A stretch of DNA of 64,000 nucleotides, from NCBI GenBank assembly GCA_951406725.2, contig OX597827.1:56730001-56794000 (forward strand), read 5' to 3'. Positions 24,444-37,376 of the stretch are shown here, piece after piece. The notes beneath the pieces were generated by a model. That model worked only from the letters and a program-made list of their open reading frames with translations. It had not been told where the DNA came from and ran no database searches. The stretch comes from Octopus vulgaris. Taxonomy: Eukaryota. Position numbers and translations under genes: made by a program. The stretch's first letter is position 1; every line of letters starts with the position of its first letter.

Positions 24444-24762
24444 GAGGGCGCGTGCTTAGTGGTTAGGGCATTCGGCTCATGATCGTAAGGTTGTGAGTTC
24501 GATTCCCGTCGACGCGTTGTGTCCTTGAGCAAGACACTTTATTTCACGTTGCTCCAGTCCACTCAGCTGGCAAAAATGAGTTGTACTTGTATTTCAAAGG
24601 GTCAGCCTTGTCACTCTCTGTGTCACGCTGATTATCCCCGAGAACTACGTTAAAGGTACACGTGTCTGTGGAATGCTCAGCCATTTGCACGTTAATTTCA
24701 CGAGCAAGCTGTTCCGTTGATCGTATCAGCTGGGACCCTCGTCGTCGTAACCGGCGGAGTCT
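24444..24762 (+). mobile_element. tRNA-derived SINE family D (CORE-like) in (AAT)n
   Basis: tRNA-like head with gagttcgattc, ttgtgtccttgagcaagacact core; minus-strand copy at about 34270-35198, related heads at about 39820-39950, 52680-52770 and 60225-60350. Confidence 0.8.
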
Positions 24763-24916
24763 TTAGAATAATAATAATGATAATGATATGGCATCTGTAT
24801 ATTTGTATCTATCTTTGTATGTATGCATGGATGTGTGTGTGTGTGTGTGTGTTTGAAAGAATTGTTTCATATGCTTTAATTTCATGTTAATCAATGGTAT
24901 TTATTTTATTCAACAG

Positions 24917-25064
24917 AGTTGTCCATTATGTTGATATTGACCGAAATAATTACTCCACCATTAGCACTCGTGGTGTTATGAAATATTTGGCAAACAATGA
25001 ACCAGAATTCACTGAACTTGATGAGTGGCAGCAAGATTATATCAATTTTTCCAAAATTAGAAAG
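24917..25064 (+). CDS. DNAH6: Dynein heavy chain exon 5
   Basis: VVHYVDIDRNNYSTISTRGV...EFTELDEWQQDY...IRK; acAG/GTgagg; phase 2-0. Confidence 0.9.
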
Positions 25065-26009
25065 GTGAGGCTTTTGTATTTTTAGGATAATAGAAAATTT
25101 TAGGAAATTGAAAAAAAAAAAAAACCCAAAAAAACTCCAGCCAAGAACCAGGTCATAGTTGTATGCAAATGATGGATATGGGTTTTTTTTTTGGGGGGGG
25201 TGCTATTTAGTCATGGCCTGGGCCAATTTTGACTGAAACTTATGTAAGTATCTCAGAAGGTTTGAAGAACACAAGACAAAAAAACAATAACAAAAATTAC
25301 AGATAGTAAGAGAAAGCAGTGTTTTTAAAGTCAGTTTTGTAATCTCTTTTACGAGAGCTTACAATAAAGATATATAAAGTAATTTTCTGGAAAATTTGTT
25401 CAAATTTAAATGCTAGCACATAAGCATTATTTTTAGATCTTTAGTATTTTCCCTAATTTAGTTAATATCATTGACCTTACATTTAAAAATAAGATTTAGA
25501 TAAAAAATTATTACTAGTATTACTGAACTATTACAATCATCCTTTCTACTGAATGCACACAGTCTGAAATTCAGGGAGAGGGGACTAATCGATTACATTG
25601 AATCCAGTGTTTCGCTGGTACTTAATTTGACCTCGGCAGAATTTGAACTCAGAATGTAGAGACAGGCAAAATACTGCTAAGCATTTCATCTAGTGTGTTA
25701 ATGATTGTGCCAGCTCGCCATCTTACAATATTACAATATTACGATAATGGAGCTTGGTTCATTTGGGATGTTTACTACAATGGTATGGAAGAATTCTTGA
25801 TGTGCTATTATATGTTGAATATAAGTCTTCTTTTACTTTGTTACTAAAGCCCTTCACTCTATAAGGAGCATAGGCCATTGATATCTGTTTTCCACTGTCC
25901 TCAACTCTGGCCTGTCTTTTCTCCTTCTCTCCAGTTGGATCCCTACTTTTCCTTGCATCTTTGAGTTTTAGTGTAATATAGATGGTAATTACTGTTTCTC
26001 ACTTTGTAG

Positions 26010-26132
26010 ACTCGCTTTTTTGCTCAATTTCAAATGTGGAAACCATTCAAGTTATGGCACAAGAACATCCGACAGATGAAATTCAAGACTAGTGAAAACT
26101 TTTTGAGAGAAAATTTATATATGCTGAATCCT
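26010..26132 (+). CDS. DNAH6: Dynein heavy chain exon 6
   Basis: TRFFAQFQMWKPFKLWHKNIR...LRENLYMLNP; gtAG/GTaaga; phase 0-0. Confidence 0.9.
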
Positions 26133-26713
26133 GTAAGAACTTTTGAACTGTTTATTTATGAGCATTTCTAGGTTTGTGTATATATTTTGAGCTTCATACA
26201 ATGGGGTGCAAACTTTAAGAAAAAACAATACATTTCCCTACAAGAGAAAAAAAAAAACTTAAATGCAATTTAATGACCATTATCTTATTTGTAGTAAGGG
26301 CTGGCACTAGGAAATGCGAGCCTAATTAGAGAATTGCCAGTAGGGCCCTCTACTCTTCAAGAGTTGATGTTTTATGCTTTTGTAGTATGTCGGTCCCAGT
26401 CAAAAAGTGTTGAGGGCTTGAGGCTCCACCATTAGCCACAATAGTATAATAAAAACTCATTATAGCATCCTCTGCACAAGCATGTGTATAGGATCATCTC
26501 TTGGCGTGGAGCCCGATTTGAACAAATCTTTCTAAATGGCTTAAAACCAGTCCAAAAAAAAAAACAAAAAAATAAACGGATAAATGTCACCCTTTTCAAG
26601 CCAAGCCAGGCTCATGGGCCCGGTTTCCTGGTTTCTGTGCAAATAAATATTTCTGTTGTTGTTCATTTAAAACATTACTGTATTTGTAAGACGTGTCATA
26701 TTTTGTTTATCAG

Positions 26714-26848
26714 ATGCTGACTGCGACCATTTTAAAAATAAAAGAGATGTGTGACAAAGTCAGTCAAATGAGGTTATGTAAAATCGAAGAGGACAAAACA
26801 TATGCAGCTTCCCAATTTTATGAAGCTCAATGTGAACAATCAAAAATT
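26714..26848 (+). CDS. DNAH6: Dynein heavy chain exon 7
   Basis: MLTATILKIKEMC...RLCKIEEDKTY...FYEAQCEQSKI; tcAG/GTaagt; phase 0-0. Confidence 0.9.
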
Positions 26849-27808
26849 GTAAGTTTGATTTGGTTTCTCACTGTTTTACATAAAAAACAAATAGCTGCTT
26901 TACTTAGAATAGCCATTCAACAAAGATCTTATGTCAACACTATTCTCAAGAAAAGAACCCCATTTCATGATCATTTTCATTTTACTTTCAGTTATTTTCA
27001 AAAGAATACGTATTAGCATGACTCCAATAAGAAAACAACTCTAAATGGGGGATATATTTGGATTGTACTATTCAATGATCAAATTCTGTCTTGACTGAGG
27101 TGTAATACTGATTGGAATTTGACAGAATTTTTGTAGTGTTATTCTTTAGCTTTAGACTAGAATTAGAATAGTTGTGATGTATGCTGCACACCTCGTCATC
27201 ATCATCATCTTTTAGCCTCCATTTTCAATGCTGGCACGGGTTGGACTGTTTGACCAAAGCTGGAAAGCAGGAGATCTGCACTAGGTTCCATTCTGATTTG
27301 GCCTGGTTTCTATGGCTTGATACCTTTCCTAATGCTAACCACTTTACAGAGTGTGTTGAAAGTGCTGTTACAGCTGTCCAGCTGTCTCCTTCAGTCTGAA
27401 AGAAAATAAGTTGGCAGATCAGATTATTTGATGTATAATAATGATATGCTTAAATGACAATAATCTAGGATAGTTGCTTCTCCTAAAAGAGTCTCAAACC
27501 TTCTGGAATGCCCCTTGTAAGCAATGGATGAAAACTGAAAAGAGAAACAACTCCACTGACAAATCAGCCCTTATAATATTAGGTTGAAAATCTTAGTAGA
27601 GAATATATTTATAGTATTTTACTTAATTTATAAATGTGATGTCTTTTCTAATACAAGTTATTCTTTAAAATAACAAATCATATTGACCTTTAATGAACTT
27701 AGAATTATTTAATTAGTTAAAAAAATAAAAACTCTAAATTTAATGTTTTTTCATATAAAATTGTGTCTTTTAACTTTTTCTTTATCATTGTTTTTCCTTT
27801 TCTTTAAG

Positions 27809-27944
27809 ATTGTAACACACACACAAACATTTCGGGACATTGTCAAAAATATTGCAAGAATTGCTTGTCGGAATGCAATGCTAAAAGATGGCTTTGTGCC
27901 AGATGACTGTCACCAAAATGCTGATGGCCATACTTCATTGACAG
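27809..27944 (+). CDS. DNAH6: Dynein heavy chain exon 8
   Basis: IVTHTQTFRDIVKNIARIACRNAMLKDGFVPDDC...SLT; taAG/GTtcag; phase 0-1 (weaker donor). Confidence 0.82.
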
Positions 27945-28186
27945 GTTCAGAGTGATTCTTTTCCTTATATTTTAAAATTTTGGTTCAAATTTTGTAGTTC
28001 TTATAATCAAAACCAACTGTTAGTTAGTTTTAATCAATTAATATTACTCTTTACTCTCTCTTTTACTCTTTTACTTGTTTCAGTCATTTGACTGTGGCCA
28101 TGCTGGAGCACCGCATTTAGTCGACCAAATCAACACCAGGACTTATTCTTTGTATGCCTAGTATTGTTATTATTATAATTATTATG

Positions 28187-28233
<47 letters not shown>

Positions 28234-28239
28234 GATTAT

Positions 28240-28952
28240 TCATCATCATCATCATCATCATCATCATCGTTTAACGTCTGCTTTCCATGCTAGCATGGGT
28301 TGGACGGTTCAACTGGGGTCTGGGAGGCCTGAAGGCTGCACCAGGCCAGTCAGATCTGGTAGTGTTTCTACAGCTGGATGCCCTTCCTAATGCCAACCAC
28401 TCTGTGAGTGTAGTGGATGCTTTTTATGTGCCACCGACACAGGTGCCAGACGAGGCTGGCGAACGGCCACGCTCGGATGGTGTATTTTACGTGCCACCGG
28501 CATGGGGGCCAGGCGAGGCTGGCACGGCCACGATTGGATGGTGTTTGTTACGTGCCACCAGCATGGAGGCCAGTCGATGCGGTACTGGTTACGGCCACGT
28601 TTGGATGGTTTTCTTATGTGCCACCGGCACTGGTACCACAAAACTACAAATTCCATTGATGTTCATTGATTTTGATTTGATTCTTTGATTTTTGATTTTT
28701 GATTTTTGATTTTCACTTGCCTCAACAGGTCTTCACAAGTAGAGTTATGTGTCCCAAGAAGGAAGGTATGCACAGGTGGACTGACTACGTCCCAGGTAGG
28801 GGCCATGGGTTATGGCCTCACTTGTCCTGCCGGGTCTTTTCATGCACAGCATACTACCAAAGGTCTCGGTCTCTGGTCCTTTCCTCGGTGAGACCTAAAG
28901 AGCGAAGGTCGTTCTTCACCACCTCGTCCCAGGTTTTCCTGGGTCTACCTCT
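28240..28952 (-). mobile_element. RTE LINE 3' end, same family as 18731-20527
   Basis: Reverse complement of GRPRKTWDEVVK..., 3'UTR repeat units and (GAT)n tail. Confidence 0.85.
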
Positions 28953-29011
28953 TTGGGTCTACCCTTTTATTAATAATAATCATAATCATAATAATAATAA
29001 CAATAATAATC

Positions 29012-29055
<44 letters not shown>

Positions 29056-29084
29056 GCCGCCGCCGCCGCCGCCGATAATAATAA

Positions 29085-29600
29085 TACCAGATTATTCAAA
29101 AATAACCCGAAGCAATTCTTCCGAACATTAGAAGAAGACAATGGGGAAAATGTTGCTTCTGATGCAAATCAAGCCTGGAGTAGATTATGGGGAGACAATG
29201 TGGTGCATAAAAGGGATGCAACATGGATAGGAACAATCAAGACAGAATTACAAGGCGGAAAGAAACAAAGGAATATTGTCATAAGCATGGGTGATGTGAA
29301 AGAACAAGTGGATAAAATGCCCAACTGGAAAGCCTCCGGACCAGATGGTATTTATGGCTTTTGGCTGGGAGGACAACACTTATAATGAAAGGTAGAAGAA
29401 AGGGGGATATTGTGGGAAACTACCATCCCATAGCATGTCTAAACATAATCTAGAAGATACTCACTGGAATATGTGCGGCAAAGACATATACTTTCCTGGC
29501 ATAGGAAGAAATACTACCAAGGGAACAAAAATGATGTAGGAAGAATTCTCAGAATACCAAGGATCACCTGGTCATCGATAAAATAGTTTTGAGGCATTGG
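29085..29600 (+). mobile_element. R4/Dong-like non-LTR RT fragment following an (AAT)n tract
   Basis: RLFKNNPKQFFR, WSRLW, MPNWKASGPDGIYGFW, YHPIACL, LPREQK*CRK...TKDHLVIDK. Confidence 0.75.
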
Positions 29601-29796
29601 GAAAAACATCATTGTGAAAAGCATCATAGCTCCTTCTACCAAATTTCAGGCCTTGTGCCTATTGTAGGAAGCATTATTAGAAACTAGCTTACTACATTCA
29701 GCTGATCATATTTTGAGAAGACGTATAAAATAAAGAAAATTACGGGAGATATATTTTCACCTCTTACTTTTAATTTATCATTGTTGATTTTTGTAG

Positions 29797-29851
29797 TACC
29801 TGGAGTTAAACCAAAGAAAAATAAATATGCTGTTTGCCAAAGACTCACAAG
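29797..29851 (+). CDS. DNAH6: Dynein heavy chain exon 9 (55 nt)
   Basis: VPGVKPKKNKYAVCQRLT(S); gtAG/GTttgt; phase 1-2; CQRLT-SFIR continues into exon 10. Confidence 0.8.
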
Positions 29852-30210
29852 GTTTGTTTGGATTTATTTTTAAAGTCTTCTAAATATTATTAACCCTTTA
29901 GCATTCAGATTATTTTGTCATATGTTCTACTTATTCATTCACATTGTTTTGAATTAATCATGCATAACGTCGTAACTTTGAGATTTCAGTGATACTCTTT
30001 TACTTGTTTCAGTCAGGTGGCAGCAGCCATGCTGGGGCACTGCCTTGAAGAGTTAAACAAATCATTGTAGGACTTTTTTTTTGTAAGCCTAGTACCTTTT
30101 GTATAAGTCTCTTTATCAAACCACTCAGTTATGAGGATGTAAACAGACCAACATATCAACACTGTCAAGCAGTATGTAGGGACAGTCACGCACGCACACG
30201 CACACACACA

Positions 30211-30430
30211 TCTACTATATTAATGGCAATTTCTGTCTGTCTGTTACCATCTTAGTTCCTAAACCAGTGAACCAATATTCACGAAACTTTGCATACATGT
30301 TACACTAACATCCAGTTCAATAATAGGCTAATTTCAATAAAAATCTATAATGTGCCCCTCAGGGGCGTTGGGCAAATTATATGATAAAATGAGAAGGTTG
30401 CAAAAAGCATTAGTCTGAGGGAAAGAGAGT

Positions 30431-30496
<66 letters not shown>

Positions 30497-30558
30497 GACT
30501 TATATCAGTGAGGGTGAGAACAGTGGTCACAATGGGATAGTAATGTTAATACAGCTAG
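30211..30558 (+). mobile_element. Probable old non-autonomous Helitron
   Basis: A|TCtactatattaatggc start similar to 55619/56095, ends in CTAG; terminal hairpin not clear. Confidence 0.4.
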
Positions 30559-30719
30559 CATATACATGTGACGCTGCATACATACTTTTGCAAATATATA
30601 GATACAACACACACACAGAAAGGTGTGTGCTACTGAAGACTGCACTTGTTTATTGATTGTACTGACTCTACTCTGTGCTTGTCCTTATTTTCTTGTGTTT
30701 TTCTTTATTTTTTTTCCAG

Positions 30720-30855
30720 TTTCATTCGCTATCTTGATTATATCATTGTTTCTGCTTTACGTCAACTTGTTATTGATGCTGTACGGAATTTACTTGCCTA
30801 TTTTACTGAATTATTGAACAATGCTCCTAGTTTTTCAAGGATGTCACAAAAAAAA
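30720..30855 (+). CDS. DNAH6: Dynein heavy chain exon 10
   Basis: FIRYLDYIIVSALRQLVIDAVRNLL...MSQKK; ccAG/GTaaga; phase 2-0. Confidence 0.9.
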
Positions 30856-31973
30856 GTAAGATATTATGCTTATTGTTGTTGTTGTTGTTCTGATAAAAGG
30901 TCTTGCAGTAATTTTTCTGGTTCTTACACTCCTGAGTTCAAGTCTTGCTAATGTTAACTTTGTCATCTCTCCAGTGTTAATAAAATAAAACACCAATCTT
31001 GTATTGGGATTGAGGATATCGGCAATTCCGTCTTTCCTCAAAATTGTTGACCTTCTGCCTAAATCAGGAAACCATTGTAGTTATCATTATTCAAGTACTA
31101 GCTTAAAAGCTACACTCTGTGTGGATTTTTAAGCTAGCTCCTGTGGAGGGCTAATTGGGCCTTCAGCCCCAAACTAAAGAGAGCTAAATAGCATGATTAT
31201 AATACATCTATAATGAATATATTCTCCGGTGGTGTCTGATCAGAGGTTAAAGACGGAGGAGAATTAATTCTGTAATGCAATCCATTCTATTGTTCCAATC
31301 CTAATTTGAATTCCAATTGTTGGCCAATTTGTTCCAAAGTTCTTAATTCAATGTAAAATTAATGAAACAAATGTCATTTATCTCCCCCTTGATCTCATCT
31401 GACAAACACCAACCAAGTGTTATTTAGAGCAGCCAAGTGTTATTTAGAGCAGCCAAGCTACAAATAGCAACCCAAATGCTTTTAAATCAGATCCCATAGC
31501 TGGATGTTCAAGAACCAAATGAAGGGCAGATTTACAATCCTGGGATCATCCTGATTCCAAAAAGGTATATGTCTATGTAGAGCAGAATATTTGTTATAAC
31601 AATATTTCTGCTTCAGCAACTCAGTGCTGACTCTGACTGAAATGTAATGGAAAATAGGTCAGTTTCAAAACATTGGTGTCTTGGTCTCAAAAGCAACGTT
31701 CGAAGGAAATAGTAGTGATTTCCTTTGATTTCAAGATAGAAGCAACAAATAAGAAATAACACTTAGTGACCAAAGACCAAAAAAAAAATGTTACACAGTG
31801 AATAGAGAGTCTCTCTAGGTTGAGTTACTATTTCTCCATACTGAGAAGTCACAACCCCAGTACCATCGATGTGATTAGAATGTTGCAGGAAAGAATTACA
31901 AGATGGGTTTTTCAAGCTGAGCCAACTGGCAGGAGACGTAGGAGTAGAGCAAAAACAAGGTGGTTGAACAATA

Positions 31974-32205
31974 TATTTCTTTACTGCCCACAAGGGGCTA
32001 AGCATAGAGAGGACAAACAAGGACAGACAAAGGGATTAAGTTGATTGCATCAACCCCAGTGCACAACTGGTACTTAATTTATCGACCCTGAAAGGATGAA
32101 AGGCAAAGTCGACCTTGGTGGAATTTGAACTCAGAACGTAACGGCAGACGAAATACGGCATCGCATTTTGCCCGGCGTGCTAACATTTCTGCCAGCTCGC
32201 TGCCC
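31974..32205 (-). mobile_element. SINE family A inserted in an old RTE-like 3' fragment
   Basis: 10-bp TSD ttgaacaata (31964-31973, 32206-32215); host reads ...GRRRRSRAKTRW. Confidence 0.85.
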
Positions 32206-32640
32206 TTGAACAATAGCCATAGTTTAGGTTGGTCATGCTTAGAAACCCAACCACAAAGTGCAATGATGGTTACTTCTGGGCCCTATGAAGGAAGTGCCTG
32301 AGGTCTTTACTTCTGTGACCTTGCAAGGAATAATGAGTGGAGAAAATGGTTGGATACCTGGATGTTTTTCAAGATGTTCAAGTATTAGTATGGAATTTTT
32401 TAAAACATCTTAAATTATCTATTTTCAAATCAGTAGTGCATCAAGATACCTCTTGTTGTGCACCAGTGCACTGACAAGCACTATTAGAAAACCACTAATC
32501 TTGGACTATACTTATTCAATTTGTCCTTCCTTTAAGAAGGTAGAAAATGAGTGAAATTACGCTGCTATTTCTAGCAAGTTGAACAGTTACATAGGGGCTC
32601 ACTAGAAGTAAGTTTCTAACGCTGGTTATTTATTTTTCAG

Positions 32641-32876
32641 AAAACTGACTTTAACCCCGAGTCTCTTGATATAGTTGTTGTAGAGGCAGATGATGAGAGT
32701 AAGGTATTAAATCCCCTGTTTAGAACTGACTTACTTCTTAAAATCGACCGAATTGCATTTCAACCGGATGTGAAAGGTTTCCGTGACCTAACGAATCAAA
32801 TCTTTATAAGATATCAGCAGACAGCTTTGTCAGTGCCAAATTTACTACCTGATGACTATTTCAATGCTTTTACTCG
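32641..32876 (+). CDS. DNAH6: Dynein heavy chain exon 11
   Basis: KTDFNPES...PLFRTDLLL...FQPD...LSVPNLLPDDYFNAFT(R); tcAG/GTaaga; phase 0-2. Confidence 0.92.
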
Positions 32877-33039
32877 GTAAGAGATATATATTTATAGCCT
32901 CATTTGTGAAATGTTAATGTTGAATTATGTTTTTATCAAAAGTGTTTGTTTGTTCTTCAGATATATTTAGAATCTCAGTTGTGGAAGGCCAATGTTAAAG
33001 TATTAACTTTTACAAAAGTGTAGTTTGATCTTTAGTATT

Positions 33040-33239
33040 TGTCTTCATCATCATCTGCTGTCATCATCATCATCTGTTGTTGTCATCATCATCTGTTGTT
33101 GTCATCCTCATCTGTCGTCATTCACATCTGTTGTCGTCATCTGTTGTTGTCATCATCATCTGTTGTTATCATCACTACTGTCATCATCATTATCTGATGT
33201 TGTTATCATCATCTGTTATCATCCTCATCTGTTCTTGTT

Positions 33240-33281
<42 letters not shown>

Positions 33282-33470
33282 TGTTGTAATCATCAGCTGA
33301 TGTCATCATCATCATCTGATGTTGTCATTTTCATCTACTGTCATCATCATCATCTGTTGTCTTCATCATCATCTGTTGTCATCATCATCATCATCATCGT
33401 CTGTTGTCATCATCATCTGATGTTGTCATCATAATCTATTTTCACCTTCATCATCTGATGTTGTCATCAT
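33040..33470. repeat. Degenerate (TCA)n/(TGT)n trinucleotide tract
   Basis: Directly visible. Confidence 0.9.
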
Positions 33471-34364
33471 TGGAGCTTGGTACAGTCTCCTTTGACTCGT
33501 CAAATTCTCTTGAACCATCCAACTCATGCTAGCACAAGCATGGAGAATGAACTTTAAACAATGATGATGATGATGATTTTAGTCAGGAGGGGAGGGTGGT
33601 ACCCGTGACATTTTATAGGGTTTCTAAGACTGAGGAGAAGAAAGGAGGTTGGAAGGTACCCTCAACTAGAGACCTGAACTGAATGCTTACAACAAAGTAG
33701 ACTCTGCTAAAGCCACTCAAAGTTTCCATGTAGTGGTGGTTGTGATTTCTGATAAAATCTACCACCCAAATAGGCCATACCAAGATTTGAACTCAGAATG
33801 TAAAAATAATTCCAAAAATGTGCAGTCCAACATACTTACATTTCTGTGAATGCACTGTCCTGGATATATATCTTTTATTTGTTTCAGTCTCTGGACTGTG
33901 GCCAAGTTGGGGCATCACCTTGAAGAGTTTAAAATGAACAGATTGACCACAGTGCTTATTTGTTATAAATTCTGGTATTTATTCTATTGGTCTCTTTTGC
34001 CAAACCACTAAGTTACAAGGACATAAACAAGCCAACACTGGTTGTCAGGGAGTGGTGAGGGAACAAATACAGACATGAAGACCCCTGCCCTCCCACACAT
34101 GCATGTATATAAAATGGGCTTTCAGTTTCTATCTAACAAATCCACTTGTAAGGCTTTAGTTGGCCCAAGGCTATAGTAGCAGACACTTGCCTAAGGTGCC
34201 ATGCAGAAGGACTGAACCCAAAACCACGTGATTGCAAAACAAGCTTTCTAACCATACAACTATAACTGGGACTCCAACAGTTATGATGATGAGGGTCCCA
34301 GTTGATCTGATTAGTGGAACAACTTGCTCATGAAATTAACATGCAAGTGGTTGAGCACTCCACA

Positions 34365-34422
<58 letters not shown>

Positions 34423-34616
34423 CCCTTAACGTAGTTCTCAGGGTGATTTGGCATGACACAGGTGACAAGGCTAGCCCTTTGAAATGCAGGTACAAATCTT
34501 TTTTGCCAACTGAATGGACTGGGATAACATGAAATACAAAGTGTCTTGCTCAAGGACACAACATACCACCAGGAATTGAACTCATGACCTTATGATCATG
34601 AGGCAAAACCTTAACC

Positions 34617-35160
34617 TATTTCTTTACTACCCACAAGGGGCTAAACACAGAGAGGACAAACAAGGACAGACAAACGGATTAAGTCGATTATATTGACGCC
34701 AGTGTGCAACTGGTACTTATTTAATCGACCCCGAAAGGATGAAAGGCAAAGTCGACCTCGGCAGACGAAATACCTATTTCTTTACTACCCACAAGGGGCT
34801 AAACACAGAGGACAAACAAGGACAGACAAACGGATTAAGTCAATTACATCGACCCCAGTGCACAACTGGTACTTATTTAATCGACCCCGAAAGGATGAAA
34901 GACAAAGTCGACCTCGGCAGACGAAATACCTATTTCTTTACTACCCACAAGGGGCTAAACACAGAGAGGACAAACAAGGACAGACAAACGGATTAAGTCG
35001 ATTATATCGACCCCAGTGCGCAACTGGTACTTATTTAATCGACCCCGAAAGGATGAAAGGCAAAGTCGACCTCGGCGGAATTTGAACTCAGAACGCAGTG
35101 GCAGACGAAATACCGCTAAGCATTTCGCCCGGCGTGCTAACGTTTCTGCCAGCTCGTCGC
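34617..35160 (-). mobile_element. Trimeric SINE family A inserted in a family D SINE
   Basis: Three head-to-tail bodies; 20-bp TSD catgaggcaaaaccttaacc (34597-34616, 35161-35180). Confidence 0.88.
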
Positions 35161-36360
35161 CATGAGGCAAAACCTTAACCACTAAGCCATGTGCCTCCAT
35201 GCCACACCTATATGCTGCTACCTATATTGGTATTTAAAATTTTTTTTATTGAACCTGAAAGGCAGAGTTGATCTCAGCTGGATTTGAACTCAGTGTATAG
35301 GGTGTTGGAACAAACACCACAAGTTATTCTATCTAATGCACTAATGACTCTGTCAATTCATTGCTTATGACTTAATCAATAGGTTTAATAATTAGTTTAA
35401 TCATTAAATTGATCAGTGTTTTGATCTGCGGTTTATTTATTAGCTTAATTAGTAGGCCTAATTAGCATCTTAATAGGAGCCTACTGTTTTACTGGGGTTT
35501 AACAGGGTGCAATATTCATGTGCTTATTGAACATCCACAGTAGTATTTTAGGGGTCTCTGAAAAAATTTGCTTTAGATATATTTACTGCAAAAAAGCAGC
35601 TAGGTATCCTTCTCTAATGTTTTATATAGTTCAAACTACACAAGTTGATGATGTGTGAAAAACAAAATAGGAATTTTGAAGGAAATATCTATAAAACTCA
35701 TTTAAAAGCATTGCATGGTTATGGGGGTCCACCAGAATAAAATAGGAATCAAATGGTTGAGAACCACTGCTTTAACCCTTTAGCATTTAAACCGGCTATA
35801 TCCTGCCAAAATATTCTATTGGTTTTATATTTAAACTGGCCGGCTCTGGTCTCTCACAATATTATTCTAAAAATAAACAATCATGTTGTTGAAATCTCAA
35901 ATCTATAAGAAAAGGCATGACTAATTCAAATAAATGTGAATAAATGAATATCACATTTGACAAAGTTAAAGCATCAAGTTTGTATTATAGAACTAGGGGC
36001 AGTCTCAGGCAGGATGGTGTCAAAAGGGCTAATCCCAGGTCAGCCTCGATAAAGTAAATCTGTAATTTAACCTTTTAGCTTTCAGATTACTCTGTCAGAT
36101 GTCATTGACGAGAGGTACATAACCTCTTGACAATTGGAGGGAGAAATATGTCTTGGTCAGTTAAGGTTGTAAACAAAAAAATCCAGAACGAAATTCTACT
36201 GGCAATAAATGTGGGTGACAACTGGTGGTAGTTTATTTTCACAGGTTTATTTGTTTGACTAAAACTCTTCAAGTCAGTGCTCCTGTATGGCTGCAGTCTC
36301 ATGTTTTTTTTTAATAATTATTTTGATACATTCAGACAATCTTAATATGTATCTTTACAG

Positions 36361-36469
36361 ACCAATAGCTTATCACAGTATCACAGAAAAAACCTGTGGA
36401 GAAGGTCCAAATTTGGGTATTATATTTGAAGAAGATAGAATCTTGCAAAATTTGAAAACTGGCATCCTG
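36361..36469 (+). CDS. DNAH6: Dynein heavy chain exon 12
   Basis: PIAYHSITEKTCGEGPNLGIIFEED...GIL; acAG/GTgagt; phase 2-0. Confidence 0.92.
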
Positions 36470-36850
36470 GTGAGTTTTATTATTCTTTTATTGCTTAACC
36501 TTGTAACATTTGGCAGTGGAGACCTCTGGCATTCCTCAATCCCTCCTAGACCATATCCCTGCTCACTGCTATTGGGGTGGAGATGGCACCTTGGGCAAGT
36601 GTCTTCTACTATAGCCTTGGGCCGACCAAAGCCTTGTGAGTGGATTTGGTAGACGGAAACTGGAAGAAGCGTGTCGTATGTGTGTGTGTGTGTGTGTGTG
36701 TGCGGGCATGTTTGTGTGTCTGTGATTGTCCCCCCAACATCGCTTGACAACCGATGCTGGTGTGTTTATGTCCCCGTAACTTAGTGGTTTGGCAAAAGAG
36801 ACCGATAGAATAAGTACTAGGCTTACAAAAAATAAGCTCTGGGGTCGAGC

Positions 36851-36888
<38 letters not shown>

Positions 36889-37170
36889 ACAATGATGGGC
36901 TTCTTTCAGTTTCCAGCTACCAAATCCACTTACAAGGCTTTGGTCAGCCTGAGGCTATAGTAAAAGACACTTACTCTAGGTGATATGCTGTGGGACTGAA
37001 CCCAGAACCATGTGGTTGGGAAGCAATTATTTTTTAATGAAAAGTTTTGAGAAAATTTAGTTTAAATGTTTGACAACTCAGCACCGTTCATTGGATGGTG
37101 TGGGGTGGGGGGCGTTTTGCTCATATATATACTCACCCACACACACACAAACGTACATGCATGTATGTGC

Positions 37171-37204
<34 letters not shown>

Positions 37205-37272
37205 GTAGGTCCCGGGTTGAGTCGGGGTTAACCACAGTAAATAAGGTACTCAATACATAGCAGAGTAAATTA

Positions 37273-37376
37273 ATTTATTTTATAGAAGGAGCTTCTACAG
37301 GACTAGAACTGTTTCATTCAAATGCATTTGAATGAAACAGTTCTAGTCCTGTAGAAGCTCCTTCTATAAAATAAAT
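37273..37376. repeat. Perfect 104-bp spacerless palindrome
   Basis: Centre aatg|catt at 37324/37325; arms checked base by base. Confidence 0.92.
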
